Below are positions 20,675 through 30,624 of a stretch of DNA of 64,000 bases, in pieces. A program made the position numbers and the translations under genes. Where the stretch lies: positions 1-64,000 of IMG/VR virus record IMGVR_UViG_3300022864_000001; one strand, given 5' to 3'. Positions within the stretch are counted from its first letter, which is position 1. The number at the start of each line of letters is the position of its first letter. Source of the stretch: a virus. The notes under the pieces were generated by a model. It saw nothing but the letters and a program-made list of their open reading frames with translations. It made no database searches and was not told the DNA's origin.

Positions 20675-21326
20675 TAGGCTCGGCCCATTCTCGTTAGATA
20701 CAATAGTCTGTGGTGATTGCCCCGACGTGATGTGCCAGATACCGGACGGGTGCGTGGATTTGGTGGTGACTGACCCGCCGTATAACGTCGGTATCACTTA
20801 CGTCAACTCTAGCGATGAACGTTCTGATTATCCAGAGTGGTGTAGTGCTTGGTTCTCTGAGTTGCGCCGCGTCTGTAGTGGACCAATGGCAATCAGTGTG
20901 GGGCAAGCAAATCTGAGTAGATGGGCACAAATAGCGCCGCCTGATTGGTGGCTGGCATGGTGGAAGCCCGCCGCTATGGGGCGCTGCGTCGTGGGCTTTA
21001 ACAACTGGGAACCGATTGCATTCTATGGCAAACCATCACGGGCTATGTGCGATGTGATACGGGCCACAATCAAGCCTGATCCTAACCTGGTAGGCCATCC
21101 CTGTCCCAAACCGCTGGAATGGGCAACCCAACAGATTGAGAAGTTATCACGGCCTGGAGAGGCGCTATTTGACCCATTCCTTGGCTCTGGCACAACAGCC
21201 ATTGCTGCTAAGAAGTTGGACCGTCACTACTTTGGATGCGACATATCGCAAGGATATATAGATATGGCAAACAGGCGATTGGCGCGCGTAGATGGCGTGC
21301 AACTTGCGCTATTGGGGGTGACATGA
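20667..21326 (+). CDS. beta-class amino (N6A/N4C) DNA methyltransferase
   Basis: VDLVVTDPPY, HPCPKP, DPFLGSGTT, GCDIS..Y. Confidence 0.92.
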   Translation: MTDRLGPFSLDTIVCGDCPDVMCQIPDGCVDLVVTDPPYNVGITYVNSSDERSDYPEWCSAWFSELRRVCSGPMAISVGQANLSRWAQIAPPDWWLAWWKPAAMGRCVVGFNNWEPIAFYGKPSRAMCDVIRATIKPDPNLVGHPCPKPLEWATQQIEKLSRPGEALFDPFLGSGTTAIAAKKLDRHYFGCDISQGYIDMANRRLARVDGVQLALLGVT

Positions 21327-21544
21327 CGTATCTGCTATTTGCTGGGTGGGCCTATGGTTCGGTAGGCGGCATACACGATCTCATTAATACATTTGAGACC
21401 CTGGAGGAGGCCCAAGTAGCGGGTTCCCAAGAATGCGCTACCAGTTGGCACGACAGGTGGGCGCACATTGCCATAATAGAGGATGGTATGCTAAGGCTGG
21501 TAAGCGAAACCACCGATGATGGACAGGGCTGGCGCGAGCTACAG

Positions 21545-22534
21545 GCACGCAACTGGCGCTGCTAGAGTGAGGGGGCATCTGGTGAAGTTTGGTTCTCTGT
21601 TTGCTGGCATAGGTGGGTTTGACCTGGGGTTTGAGTATGCAGGTATGGAGTGCGTATGGCAAGTTGAGAATAACGTACGCGCGGGCGCGGTATTAGAGCA
21701 TCACTGGCCTAACGTAGAACGGTATGGAGATGTACAAGATATCGGGAGACATAACGTCGAAGCAGTTGACCTTGTTTGCGGAGGTTTCCCCTGCCAGGAC
21801 GTATCAGTTGCCGGAAGGCGCAAGGGCTTGGCTGGAGAGCGGTCAGGGCTTTGGTTCGAGTTCCATCGCGTTCTTGGAGAGCTTAGGCCGAGATGGGCTG
21901 TTATCGAAAACGTCCCCGGCCTGCTATCAAGCAACGGAGGGAGAGACTTTGCCGTCATCCTTCGGGGGCTGGTCGAAATCGGGTATGGCGTGTGCTGGCG
22001 GGTACTTGACGCTCAATATTTCGGAGTGGTCCAACGACGCCGCCGTGTATTCATTATCGGACATCTTGGAGACGGACGTGCCGCAGAAATACTTTTTGAG
22101 CGCGAGGGCGGCTGCTGGCATCCTCCGCCGAGCCGAGAAACGGGGAAAGGAACTCCCACCTTTGTTATCAAGGGCGCTGCAATTGGTCGTAAACCAGCAG
22201 CGGGGCCACAATATGGGGAAATCCCAGTTGATGCGGTCTATACACTCAATACCGTTGAGGTCCACGCTGTCTGCACGCCTGATCCTGCCTATGCCCTAGC
22301 TGATGCCAGTGGTAAGTGGAACTCTGCCCAGGCAGTGCCAAACCTTCAAGTGGGCGAATATGGTGTCCGCCGCTTGACACCTGTCGAATGCGAACGGCTA
22401 CAGGGCTTTCCTGATGGCTGGACAGCGCCCCAAAGCGACACGCAGCGGTATAAACAACTCGGAAACGCTGTAGCTGTACCAGTGGCCGAATGGATTGGGC
22501 ACAGGATTATGAGCACGCAACTGGCGCTGCTAGA
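21545..22534 (+). repeat. 22-bp direct repeat GCACGCAACTGGCGCTGCTAGA bracketing the C5 methyltransferase
   Basis: Exact copies at 21545-21566 and 22513-22534. Confidence 0.8.
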
Positions 22535-22568
22535 TGGCAGAACCTGGAACGAGACGCCAAGGAGGTAG
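21582..22568 (+). CDS. C5-cytosine DNA methyltransferase (alpha polypeptide)
   Basis: FAGIGG, GGFPCQ, ENV, QRRRRVF, RRLTPVECERLQGFPD, YKQLGNAV. Confidence 0.95.
   Translation: MKFGSLFAGIGGFDLGFEYAGMECVWQVENNVRAGAVLEHHWPNVERYGDVQDIGRHNVEAVDLVCGGFPCQDVSVAGRRKGLAGERSGLWFEFHRVLGELRPRWAVIENVPGLLSSNGGRDFAVILRGLVEIGYGVCWRVLDAQYFGVVQRRRRVFIIGHLGDGRAAEILFEREGGCWHPPPSRETGKGTPTFVIKGAAIGRKPAAGPQYGEIPVDAVYTLNTVEVHAVCTPDPAYALADASGKWNSAQAVPNLQVGEYGVRRLTPVECERLQGFPDGWTAPQSDTQRYKQLGNAVAVPVAEWIGHRIMSTQLALLDGRTWNETPRR
21724..22299 (+). CDS. overlapping alternative-frame ORF, probable methyltransferase beta polypeptide
   Basis: 191-aa +1-frame ORF fully inside the MTase; SLSDILE..KYFLS..AAAGILRRAEKRGKELP is reminiscent of M.EcoHK31I-type beta subunits. 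Confidence 0.6.
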   Translation: MEMYKISGDITSKQLTLFAEVSPARTYQLPEGARAWLESGQGFGSSSIAFLESLGRDGLLSKTSPACYQATEGETLPSSFGGWSKSGMACAGGYLTLNISEWSNDAAVYSLSDILETDVPQKYFLSARAAAGILRRAEKRGKELPPLLSRALQLVVNQQRGHNMGKSQLMRSIHSIPLRSTLSARLILPMP

Positions 22569-22853
22569 TATTGTGAACTTCTGGGACAAGGTAGCGGAGT
22601 GCAAGCATGAGAACATGTATCCTGATTACTACGAGGATGTTTCTTGCGGAACCCCCTACTGTGGGGGTTGGGAGAGCCATTGCAAGGACTGTGGCGTTTT
22701 CATAGCTGACTGTAAGTGTGGATTCGTGAGAGGGCTGTCGGGGTGGCCCATGGCGCGCTGGCGTAGATTCCGGAGGAAGAAGGAAAATAAGCGCAGAGAA
22801 GCGGCCCGTGACGCGCTCAGTCGGCGGACCTGAGATACTGGAAGGGAGGCAAT

Positions 22854-23861
22854 ATGACAAAGCCTGATTCTTACCGTTCGTTAATTCACACTCCGCCAGA
22901 GTTGGCCGCAGAATATCTGCTGTGGGCCCAATCGCGGCGAGACAATCCTGGCATAGGGTTTGGTGTTCCTGCCCTTGACAAGCATATGCTTCCCGCGCGA
23001 CCGGGCACGCTCTGCGGCATAATAGGCCGACCAGGACACGGCAAGACATCGTTGCTTGCGCTAACGGCTGTAAATGAAGCTAAGCGTATCGTTGAGGAAG
23101 GCAAAGAAAAAGAAGAGTGCGTCGTATTTTGCACATGGGAGAGTTCAAGCGAGGAGCTATCTGGCTTATTCCTTACTAATAAGCATTTTAGCATTACAGA
23201 TATAGCGCGCGGCAATCTAGCAATGGATGTCGTGGAGAAGCAAGCTATGCGGTTGGTGCGCTTGCCAATTTTCATTCTGGGCAAAGGTGTTGGCCGTGTG
23301 GCGGGCAGTGGCATTAGAATGACTCCAGAGATTGTCTACTCGGCCATAGAAAGCCTAGCCCAAGACTTTAGTGGGATACGCCCCCGCCTCCTGCTTTTCG
23401 ATTATATTCAGATCGTGCCTGTCAAGCACCATTCAGAAAGGGTTGCTGCTGTATCAGAGGCTGCCGTGCGGATTAAGGAGTTGAGTCTCACTGTGGGGGC
23501 TCCTGCCTTCGTGGGAATCCAGGCCGCAAGGGCAGTAGACAACTTGGTAGTTAAGTTGCCCCGAAAACAAGACTGTCAACATTCCTCAGCCATCGAGCAG
23601 GTCTTCGATTGCCTTTGGGGCATTTGGCGGCCAATTCTTACAGAGGAGAAGGGCGGCGCCATTGAGTTAGAAGATGGGACACAACTACCGGTTATACCTG
23701 AACTGGCAATCGCTCGCAAATTGAAAGAACGGCACAACATTGGTCGCGCTACAGCAGCGCTTTGGTTCGAGCCGCAATATCTCCACTTGGCAGAGCTTGA
23801 GCTCAAGAACCTCAACGGCCCGCCACGTGATGCTGGTCACTGGGCGGACAAGTATGACTAA
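22854..23861 (+). CDS. dnaB: DnaB-like replicative helicase (SF4)
   Basis: GRPGHGKT Walker A, WES, LLFDYIQ, IKELS, S.AIEQ..D, KERH. Confidence 0.85.
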   Translation: MTKPDSYRSLIHTPPELAAEYLLWAQSRRDNPGIGFGVPALDKHMLPARPGTLCGIIGRPGHGKTSLLALTAVNEAKRIVEEGKEKEECVVFCTWESSSEELSGLFLTNKHFSITDIARGNLAMDVVEKQAMRLVRLPIFILGKGVGRVAGSGIRMTPEIVYSAIESLAQDFSGIRPRLLLFDYIQIVPVKHHSERVAAVSEAAVRIKELSLTVGAPAFVGIQAARAVDNLVVKLPRKQDCQHSSAIEQVFDCLWGIWRPILTEEKGGAIELEDGTQLPVIPELAIARKLKERHNIGRATAALWFEPQYLHLAELELKNLNGPPRDAGHWADKYD

Positions 23862-24830
23862 CACAAAAGGAGAGTAAGAGATGGACATCGTTGTTACAAT
23901 CGTAGCGTGGGTACAGTTGGTATTGAATGTGGGCTACTTTGTATTTGCCCCGCCGAAGCCGGCGGAGGAGCTGCTTGATCGTGTTATCCACCAGGCCAGC
24001 CGCGTCCTGGGCTTGGCTATGGCCGTGGTATTGGTGGGCCGCTGCCTGGGGTGGTGGTAAACAAGAAATTCTAGCACAAGATGGGAGGCTAAAACATGGA
24101 TGCTATCGTAGCGGTTGTGGCAATAGTTGTGGGCTGGATGGACTTGGTAGGAGCAACGGTCTATCTGGTTCTGTTGGTGCTGTGCGTGTCAGCGGGGGTC
24201 AAGACTATCAGGGAGTGCATTGGGGATTTACTGGCTATCGCAATAGCTTTCGCTTTGGGGACTTATCTCTTGGGGTGGTGGTAAATGCGCATAGGTACTA
24301 CGGATTACTGGTACATAAAGACGGAAGAAGAGTGGCAAGGGGCGCTGGATGCCAATGCCTACGAAGAATGTATCTTTGGCGATGCCGTACCTGGTCGCGA
24401 GAAGCTGTGGGGTGAGTTTGAGGGGCAGGGGATTTATCACATTCGTCGGTTTCTCAACAACCCCTGTGAGTATGGGATCAGGTCGTCCAAGCTAGGCCAA
24501 GAAGTCCTTTGCGTGCTTCTTGAAGACGCTAAGGAGCTGATGGTGGCGATATATGTATGGCTATACTGTGCTAGGAGTGCAGAGGGACTACTAGGAGCCA
24601 CACCTGATGAACCAGTCACCGTTGGCGAAGGAGGCGCAGAATGAGCAATCCCGCGACAACCTACACGACCGCCAATCAGCAGAGGTTGGGGCAACTTGTT
24701 GTCAACGCCAGGTTCTTGTTGCGTATGTTAGAGGTAACGGACTTTCATTTCCCAATATCGGAATTCCAATGTACTCATGCCTACCAGTTGGCAGGGGTTG
24801 CTAGGGAGATAGAGAATCTGTTGGGGGCCA

Positions 24831-25784
24831 ATGATCCAGTCACCGCTTGACCTCGTGCTCAGTCGGCTTGAGAACGTGAAAGCACACAAGGGCGGGCGCC
24901 AGTTTACCGCTCTCTGCCCGGCCCACGACGATCACCTGCCGTCCCTGTCGATTTCTGTCGGAGACAACGAGGCAGTAATCCTTCACTGTCAAGTCGGATG
25001 TACGATGGAGCAGGTCGTGGAGGCTATGGGGCTACAGGTCAAAGACCTTTTCCCCGGTGGCAAAGTAGACAGGGTGTCTTTGTTGGAACAGAAGATGCGA
25101 CGGCTGGAGAGGACGCAGAAAGCACACGCTGAACGGCTTACGAAGATTGAGCAACTGCAGCGAGCGCAGATGCACCTGGTGTATCACCGCAACCTGACTA
25201 CAGATACGCGAATGTTGTGGTATAGACAGGGCGTGTTCGATGAGATGATAGACCAATTCCTGCTTGGCTATGTAGCGGAGTGTCCAACGTACAGAGAAAG
25301 CCCCGCAAGGACAATTCCCGTATTCGGCTACAACAGCGAATTGGTGAACATTCGTCATCGGCTACTACGACCAGGCAAGGGTGGCAAATACCGTCCCCAG
25401 ATGAACGGGCTGGGGCTAGCGCTGTTCAACGCGGCCGTACTGAATAATACATCACACGAGAGACTCTTGGTCCTCGAGGGAGAGGTCAAGGTTGTGGTTC
25501 TCAGCCAGGCGGGCTACGCAGCCGTGGGACTCATGGGGCAGGGCGCTAGATGGCAGCCAGAGTGGCTAGAATGGCTAGATGATGTAGGCCAGATTGTCGT
25601 CTGCCTTGACCCAGGGGCAGAGAAGCGGGCATGGGAGCTGGGCAGGGGGTTTGTGGAGCGAGGGTTTCGGGATGTCAGGGTAGCTGTCTTTCCCTTAAAA
25701 CCGGACGACCTGGTGGTTAGATGCGGGGCCGGCAAGGCACATGTGGACAGCATACTCAACTTGGCGCGACCCGTGCGGGCTTGA
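24831..25784 (+). CDS. DNA primase (zinc finger + TOPRIM)
   Basis: CPAHDD..PSLS..HCQVGC; LVLEGEVK; VCLD..; KPDD. Confidence 0.85.
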   Translation: MIQSPLDLVLSRLENVKAHKGGRQFTALCPAHDDHLPSLSISVGDNEAVILHCQVGCTMEQVVEAMGLQVKDLFPGGKVDRVSLLEQKMRRLERTQKAHAERLTKIEQLQRAQMHLVYHRNLTTDTRMLWYRQGVFDEMIDQFLLGYVAECPTYRESPARTIPVFGYNSELVNIRHRLLRPGKGGKYRPQMNGLGLALFNAAVLNNTSHERLLVLEGEVKVVVLSQAGYAAVGLMGQGARWQPEWLEWLDDVGQIVVCLDPGAEKRAWELGRGFVERGFRDVRVAVFPLKPDDLVVRCGAGKAHVDSILNLARPVRA

Positions 25785-25809
25785 CAACTGCTGCGCTATG
25801 TGGTATAAT
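25781..25809 (+). promoter_or_regulatory. sigma70-type promoter
   Basis: TTGACA-17-TATAAT. Confidence 0.85.
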
Positions 25810-25827
25810 AACAGAAGGAGGTATGAC

Positions 25828-26454
25828 ATGGGAAGGGAAATCAAGAGAGTAGCACTGGATTTTGACTGGCCGCTGAACCAAGTATGGGATGGGTATGTGA
25901 ACCCACATTATCGCGAGTGTCCAGACTGTGAGGCGGGCTTCTCTGATGCCTACGAGGCTATTTACAAGCATGTTGTCAAGTTGCTTTGGGACCATGTGAA
26001 TATCCGTAAGTATGGCCATTATAGGCGGATCACAGAATACCTGGCTGGTCGTAAGCCGAGAACCAGTTGGGGCCACGATACGCATGATGCCTGGAGCGCT
26101 GTAAAGAAACTGGGCAAACTAGCTGGACTGCCGGAGAAGTGGTATCTATGCCCTACCTGCGATGGGGAGGCCATTGACCCCGAAGCGGCAGAAGCGTATG
26201 CGGCATGGGAAGAGACTGAACCGCCCGTAGGCGAAGGCTGGCAGCTTTGGGAGAATGTATCAGAAGGCTCGCCCATAAGCCCTGTATTTGCAACGAAAGA
26301 GGAACTAATAGCATGGCTAGAGGGCGAGGGGTACAGCACGCTAGCGGCAACGCGGTTTGTTGAGGATGGTTGGGCGCCTTCTGCTGTATTTGTGGGCGGC
26401 ACTATGTACGCTGACATTGAAGCCTGTGCTGTTATGAAAGAGGCAAAGCCATGA
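25828..26454 (+). CDS. conserved phage hypothetical protein with zinc knuckles
   Basis: MGREIKRVALDFDWPL..CPDC..CPTCDG..PP.GEGWQLWENVSEGSPISPVF. Confidence 0.75.
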   Translation: MGREIKRVALDFDWPLNQVWDGYVNPHYRECPDCEAGFSDAYEAIYKHVVKLLWDHVNIRKYGHYRRITEYLAGRKPRTSWGHDTHDAWSAVKKLGKLAGLPEKWYLCPTCDGEAIDPEAAEAYAAWEETEPPVGEGWQLWENVSEGSPISPVFATKEELIAWLEGEGYSTLAATRFVEDGWAPSAVFVGGTMYADIEACAVMKEAKP

Positions 26455-27037
26455 TTGATAGAGAAAAACTGGCGCGAGAGATATTCGTCTTGCTCGCTGG
26501 AACCGAGATGGAAACCATTGGGGACCAAAAAGAGTTTTGCCACGCTGTAGCGGATTTGTTTTCTGCTGCGCCTAAAGAATGCGCTGATGACAGGGTGGCA
26601 TATTGTATGGGCAACTTGCGGAATCGTGTTTGCCGTGCTATGGGCCATGCTGAGCCTGTTTATGTAGCAGCAGCATGGCGCGCGTTCTTCAGGCTAGAAC
26701 AACGCCTGGCAGATATTGGTGTGCTAGAGGCAGAACCATGAACAATATTACAATCGCTGGGAGGATTTGCAATGGAGAAATGTAAACATTGCGGATCGTC
26801 GTTTTGGTTTAGTGTCGGGGACACAACCTCGATGAGAACTACGCAGGGCGGGACACTGTGCATAACGGCTTTTTGGCGATGCCCTGCTTGTGGGCAATAC
26901 AATACCCTGGTTGGGGTTGTTAGTGTCAGGGCCAAGGAGATGGCAGATGGCTATGCGCTCCCAAGCACAACGCACATACGTTTTCTTGACGAGGGTGTAG
27001 CGGCTGACATCGAGGAGCGTCTTGCTAGGGCATGGGC

Positions 27038-28096
27038 ATGAACAACATTGCAATCGTGGAAACCATAGCGAAACGAGTAGCCGCGGGCGACCGCGACTTT
27101 GGGCGCGTAAAAGCCACCGAGGAGGGCGAGTACGTCTTGCTCAACTATCGACGCGATGCTATGTACGGAGACCTCTTTACCGGGGTTGAGATGGCATGTC
27201 GCGGACTGGTCATTCGTACAGATGGCAAGATCATGTGCCTGCCGTTTCCGCGCATGTTCAACCTTGGTGAACCGCAGTGTCCTGCGTTGCCTGATGAGCC
27301 GTATACGGTGTGGGAGAAGGTAGACGGGAGTCTGATCTTGGCATGGCTTGGCGGCGGCGTGTGGCGATGCAATACGCGTGGCTCGTTTGACAACGAATAC
27401 ATAGGCGCTGCTACTTCCCATTGGGATGCCATGCTGCGTAATGGCCCCGTTTCTCTTAGGGAAGAAATCTTGGGTTGCCATGAACTTAGCCCTGATGTTA
27501 CGGTCATGTGTGAAATCTGTATAGACAACGACCCCATGCCGCGGGCTGTTCCACACCCGCCAGGTCTCTATCTGTTGGCTGTGAGAAACCGCATCACAGG
27601 CGAGGACATTCCCCTGTGGGATATTCAAACATCGTTGCCAAAAGCAAAGCAAGTATATGCCAGCATTGATGAACTGGTTGGGCTGCGCGAGACTGATGAG
27701 GGCAACGAGGGCTGGGTTATTCGCTTTGAGGGCGGGCTACGCGTAAAAATCAAAACGCGGTGGTATCTCCGTCTCTTTCGCGCAATAGCCTCGATGACAC
27801 CCAAGCGCATTCGTGAACTTATGCTATCCAACGACGATTGGCTGCAAGAGTTTCCTGACGACTTGCGGCCTGACGCCCAAGCGATTGGGTCGCGGATTGA
27901 AGATGCTTGTGATGAACTGGTTAGCGCAGTACAGTCGGCCTACGCGGGGATTAGCCATTTGTCTTTGCGCAAAGACTTCGCCCAGGCGGTTCTTGCTGAT
28001 TATCCCGAAATCTCATCGTGGCTGTTCCTGATGCGGGACGGGCAGTTTGAGGAACGGAAAGTACTTGAGAAGCTGGACTTGACAAGATGTTCCTGA
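27038..28096 (+). CDS. T4 Rnl1-like RNA ligase
   Basis: CRGLV..PFPRMFNLGE, motif I EKVDGS, TRGSF, motif IV EGWVI, motif V VKIK. Confidence 0.88.
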   Translation: MNNIAIVETIAKRVAAGDRDFGRVKATEEGEYVLLNYRRDAMYGDLFTGVEMACRGLVIRTDGKIMCLPFPRMFNLGEPQCPALPDEPYTVWEKVDGSLILAWLGGGVWRCNTRGSFDNEYIGAATSHWDAMLRNGPVSLREEILGCHELSPDVTVMCEICIDNDPMPRAVPHPPGLYLLAVRNRITGEDIPLWDIQTSLPKAKQVYASIDELVGLRETDEGNEGWVIRFEGGLRVKIKTRWYLRLFRAIASMTPKRIRELMLSNDDWLQEFPDDLRPDAQAIGSRIEDACDELVSAVQSAYAGISHLSLRKDFAQAVLADYPEISSWLFLMRDGQFEERKVLEKLDLTRCS

Positions 28097-28107
28097 TGTG
28101 CTACAAT
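28079..28107 (+). promoter_or_regulatory. sigma70-type promoter
   Basis: TTGACA-17-TACAAT. Confidence 0.7.
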
Positions 28108-28477
28108 GGGGCTACAACAAAAAGAGGAGGCTACACATGGACGGAATAGAAGCAATCTTGGGCGAACTGGTCGAGATGGCGCAGGCCACGGCCCCGGCGC
28201 TGTGGGCCATAGCGCAGCGGCAGGTGTTGGCACAGCGCGTTGGGTTTGCTGTGTGGGGAGCGCTATTCTTCTTGGCCTCTGTATTGCTTGTAATAGCAGC
28301 GCGGTATTGCAAGCGACGGGCGGGGGATTATGATCTCTGGGTTGCCGGGACTGTATACTCCAGCATCTTCGCCTGCTTCGCGCTTGTTGGGGCGCTCGCC
28401 TACCTTAACCAGGTCATCGTATACAGCATCAACCCCGACTACTACGCCATCAAAGTGCTGATTGGGTTGGTGCAACG

Positions 28478-28855
28478 ATGAAAACAATCTGGAAGTACAC
28501 ACTAGACCCCAATGCCCCCCGCGTAGGGGTAGGGGTTGCCTTACCACGCGGCGCTTCTTTGCTGTGCGCTCGGCGGCAGCATAATGACATCGTTGTTTGG
28601 GCAATGGTAGACCCAGAGCAAGAAACAGAACTGTGGCAGTTTTGGGTTGTTGAGACAGGAGGCAATTGCGACTTGCCCCTTTACGCCTTTCATCTTGGCA
28701 CAGTCTTGTTTTATGATGACGACTTTGTTCTCCACGTCTTTGCCATACCGCCAACGCCGCCAATAATTGTTCCGTTGCCACCTGGGGCGACTGAGGCTGA
28801 GATTGAAGCGGCCAAAGAGGCCCTGCGCAGGGAGTTTGGGGGGCAATCAATGTGA
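28478..28855 (+). CDS. conserved small phage protein
   Basis: MKTIWKY..VWAMVDP..ETG..HLGTV..FVLHVF pattern. Confidence 0.7.
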   Translation: MKTIWKYTLDPNAPRVGVGVALPRGASLLCARRQHNDIVVWAMVDPEQETELWQFWVVETGGNCDLPLYAFHLGTVLFYDDDFVLHVFAIPPTPPIIVPLPPGATEAEIEAAKEALRREFGGQSM

Positions 28856-29262
28856 ATATCTGGAAAGTATGTTCTGTCTACCGCGACGGCGATACAATGC
28901 ATAGCGCAATAATAGGCACAGGGGCCATGGGGAGTCCATATCGCTTGCTGTACGAGGTGGGCAAGACTACAGCCGCGGTGGCAGGAACGCTTGGCATTAT
29001 GTGCTTTGACAGACAGGAAAATGCTAAGGAGTTTGCCATGTGGCTGGGCGATGAAGTTGTGGTGTTGCTCTGTACAACCGAACACGAACCAGAGGAGTTG
29101 CGGTGTGCGCTTTTCTCATGGGACGTCTCCTGCTGGAACGAATTGCGCGGTTCCATCCATGAAGCAGCGCTCCGAAGCGGGGGTGTCACTGCTTGGCCTA
29201 CCTACCGCGTCCCATTGGGCACAGTTACAGTGCCATCCCTGACAGTGGTAGGAATAGTATGA
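28852..29262 (+). CDS. hypothetical protein (paralogue of 16266..16844)
   Basis: See 16266. Confidence 0.7.
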   Translation: MNIWKVCSVYRDGDTMHSAIIGTGAMGSPYRLLYEVGKTTAAVAGTLGIMCFDRQENAKEFAMWLGDEVVVLLCTTEHEPEELRCALFSWDVSCWNELRGSIHEAALRSGGVTAWPTYRVPLGTVTVPSLTVVGIV

Positions 29263-29554
29263 CCGTCCCGGCCCCCGGCGAACTGTGTCTGGGCGGCGAC
29301 ACAGCTACGGGCCTACCCGCGGCGCATGAGGCCATCTTGGACATCCTGGCTGACGGCCCAATGTATTCAACGGGCATAGCGAAACAGTTGCGTACCAGGG
29401 GCTTCCAGGGCTGGTGGGCGCAGGAGGTAGGCTCAGCAATGCGGGGATTGACACAGCTTGGCGTAGCAGGGATCGCTGAACGGGGGGCAGTACATCTGTG
29501 GCGGCTGACGACTGCTGGCATTGCGGCTGTACAATCGATTGAACAGGGGGAGAC

Positions 29555-30166
29555 ATGAGTTACGTCAATGAATTCTTGACATACCGCTGCGCCGGTGATG
29601 TCTTGAACAGCGTCGCGCCATTGAACAACGCGGCCAAAGAAATCTCAGAGAGTATGGCTCTCCTAAAGAGCGTCAAGGGTTTAGCGCTAAGACACCCAAG
29701 AATGTTGCGGCTATGGGACCTGTGTGCAGGCAACGCGCTCACAAGCATCCTGGCGGTTCACTACTTGCCATTCGCGTATGCCATTGCCGTAGACAGGAAA
29801 CTGCATAAACGTCCAGGATACGCCAGGGTTCAACGTTGGGAATACAGACAAGGAGAGATAGACTCTTTGCACGGGCAGATTAGTGTAAACGACGTGCTTG
29901 TTGCTTCCCATCCATGCCAAGCTGCCGAGGACATTTGCCGATTGTTCAACGATAGTCCCGCACGGGCTATGTTCATCCTGCCTTGCTGTCAGGGGAAGAT
30001 AAGTAGTAAGTTTACGCAGCTTACACGAGGCAAGATGAGCCGCTATGAACTTTGGTGCTTGCATCTCGCCCGCCTGGTAGATGGTGAATGTAGCAAGCGA
30101 GATACACAGGTGTTGTCTCCAATGAACATTATAGTCAGCAAGGTGAGGGAACTGACATGGTCTTGA
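29555..30166 (+). CDS. class I SAM-dependent methyltransferase (Methyltransf_32-like, possibly RNA-directed)
   Basis: WDLCAGNALTS, AVD, SHPC, ILPCC motifs; lacks DNA MTase DPPY/PCQ motifs. Confidence 0.65.
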   Translation: MSYVNEFLTYRCAGDVLNSVAPLNNAAKEISESMALLKSVKGLALRHPRMLRLWDLCAGNALTSILAVHYLPFAYAIAVDRKLHKRPGYARVQRWEYRQGEIDSLHGQISVNDVLVASHPCQAAEDICRLFNDSPARAMFILPCCQGKISSKFTQLTRGKMSRYELWCLHLARLVDGECSKRDTQVLSPMNIIVSKVRELTWS

Positions 30167-30624
30167 CACATGCGTTAGCAGCGCTCGCGGGACTGGTGTT
30201 GGGCGCTATCCTTATGCGATCAGTGGGGGGAGCAGAGGCAGAGCAGGACGATCTAGTAGATAGATTGATAGACATATTGAATGAGCACATTGGGGCAAGC
30301 GAAGCAGAAATACTGGGGCTGTTAGAGCACATTGCGTTGCTAGAGACAGACCGCGAAGTTGGCCCATGCTCTGCGCAAGGTGGTTGCGATTGTCCGCCCG
30401 ACGAGGAAGTTGGCGAAGGCGGCTATGAGGGGTGGGTGTGACAATCAAATTGGTTTGCTCGATATGCGGACAGCCCAGGGCGACAACGGTCTCCGTGCTA
30501 CAGGGCGCAGGGCTACCACCCGCGTTGCCTGAAGTTTTCGTAGTCTACCCAGGACCGCACGGTTGGGTCGCCTACGCGCAGAAAACGGTGTGCTGGGAAT
30601 GTTTGCTGAGGGAGGCGGAGTGAG

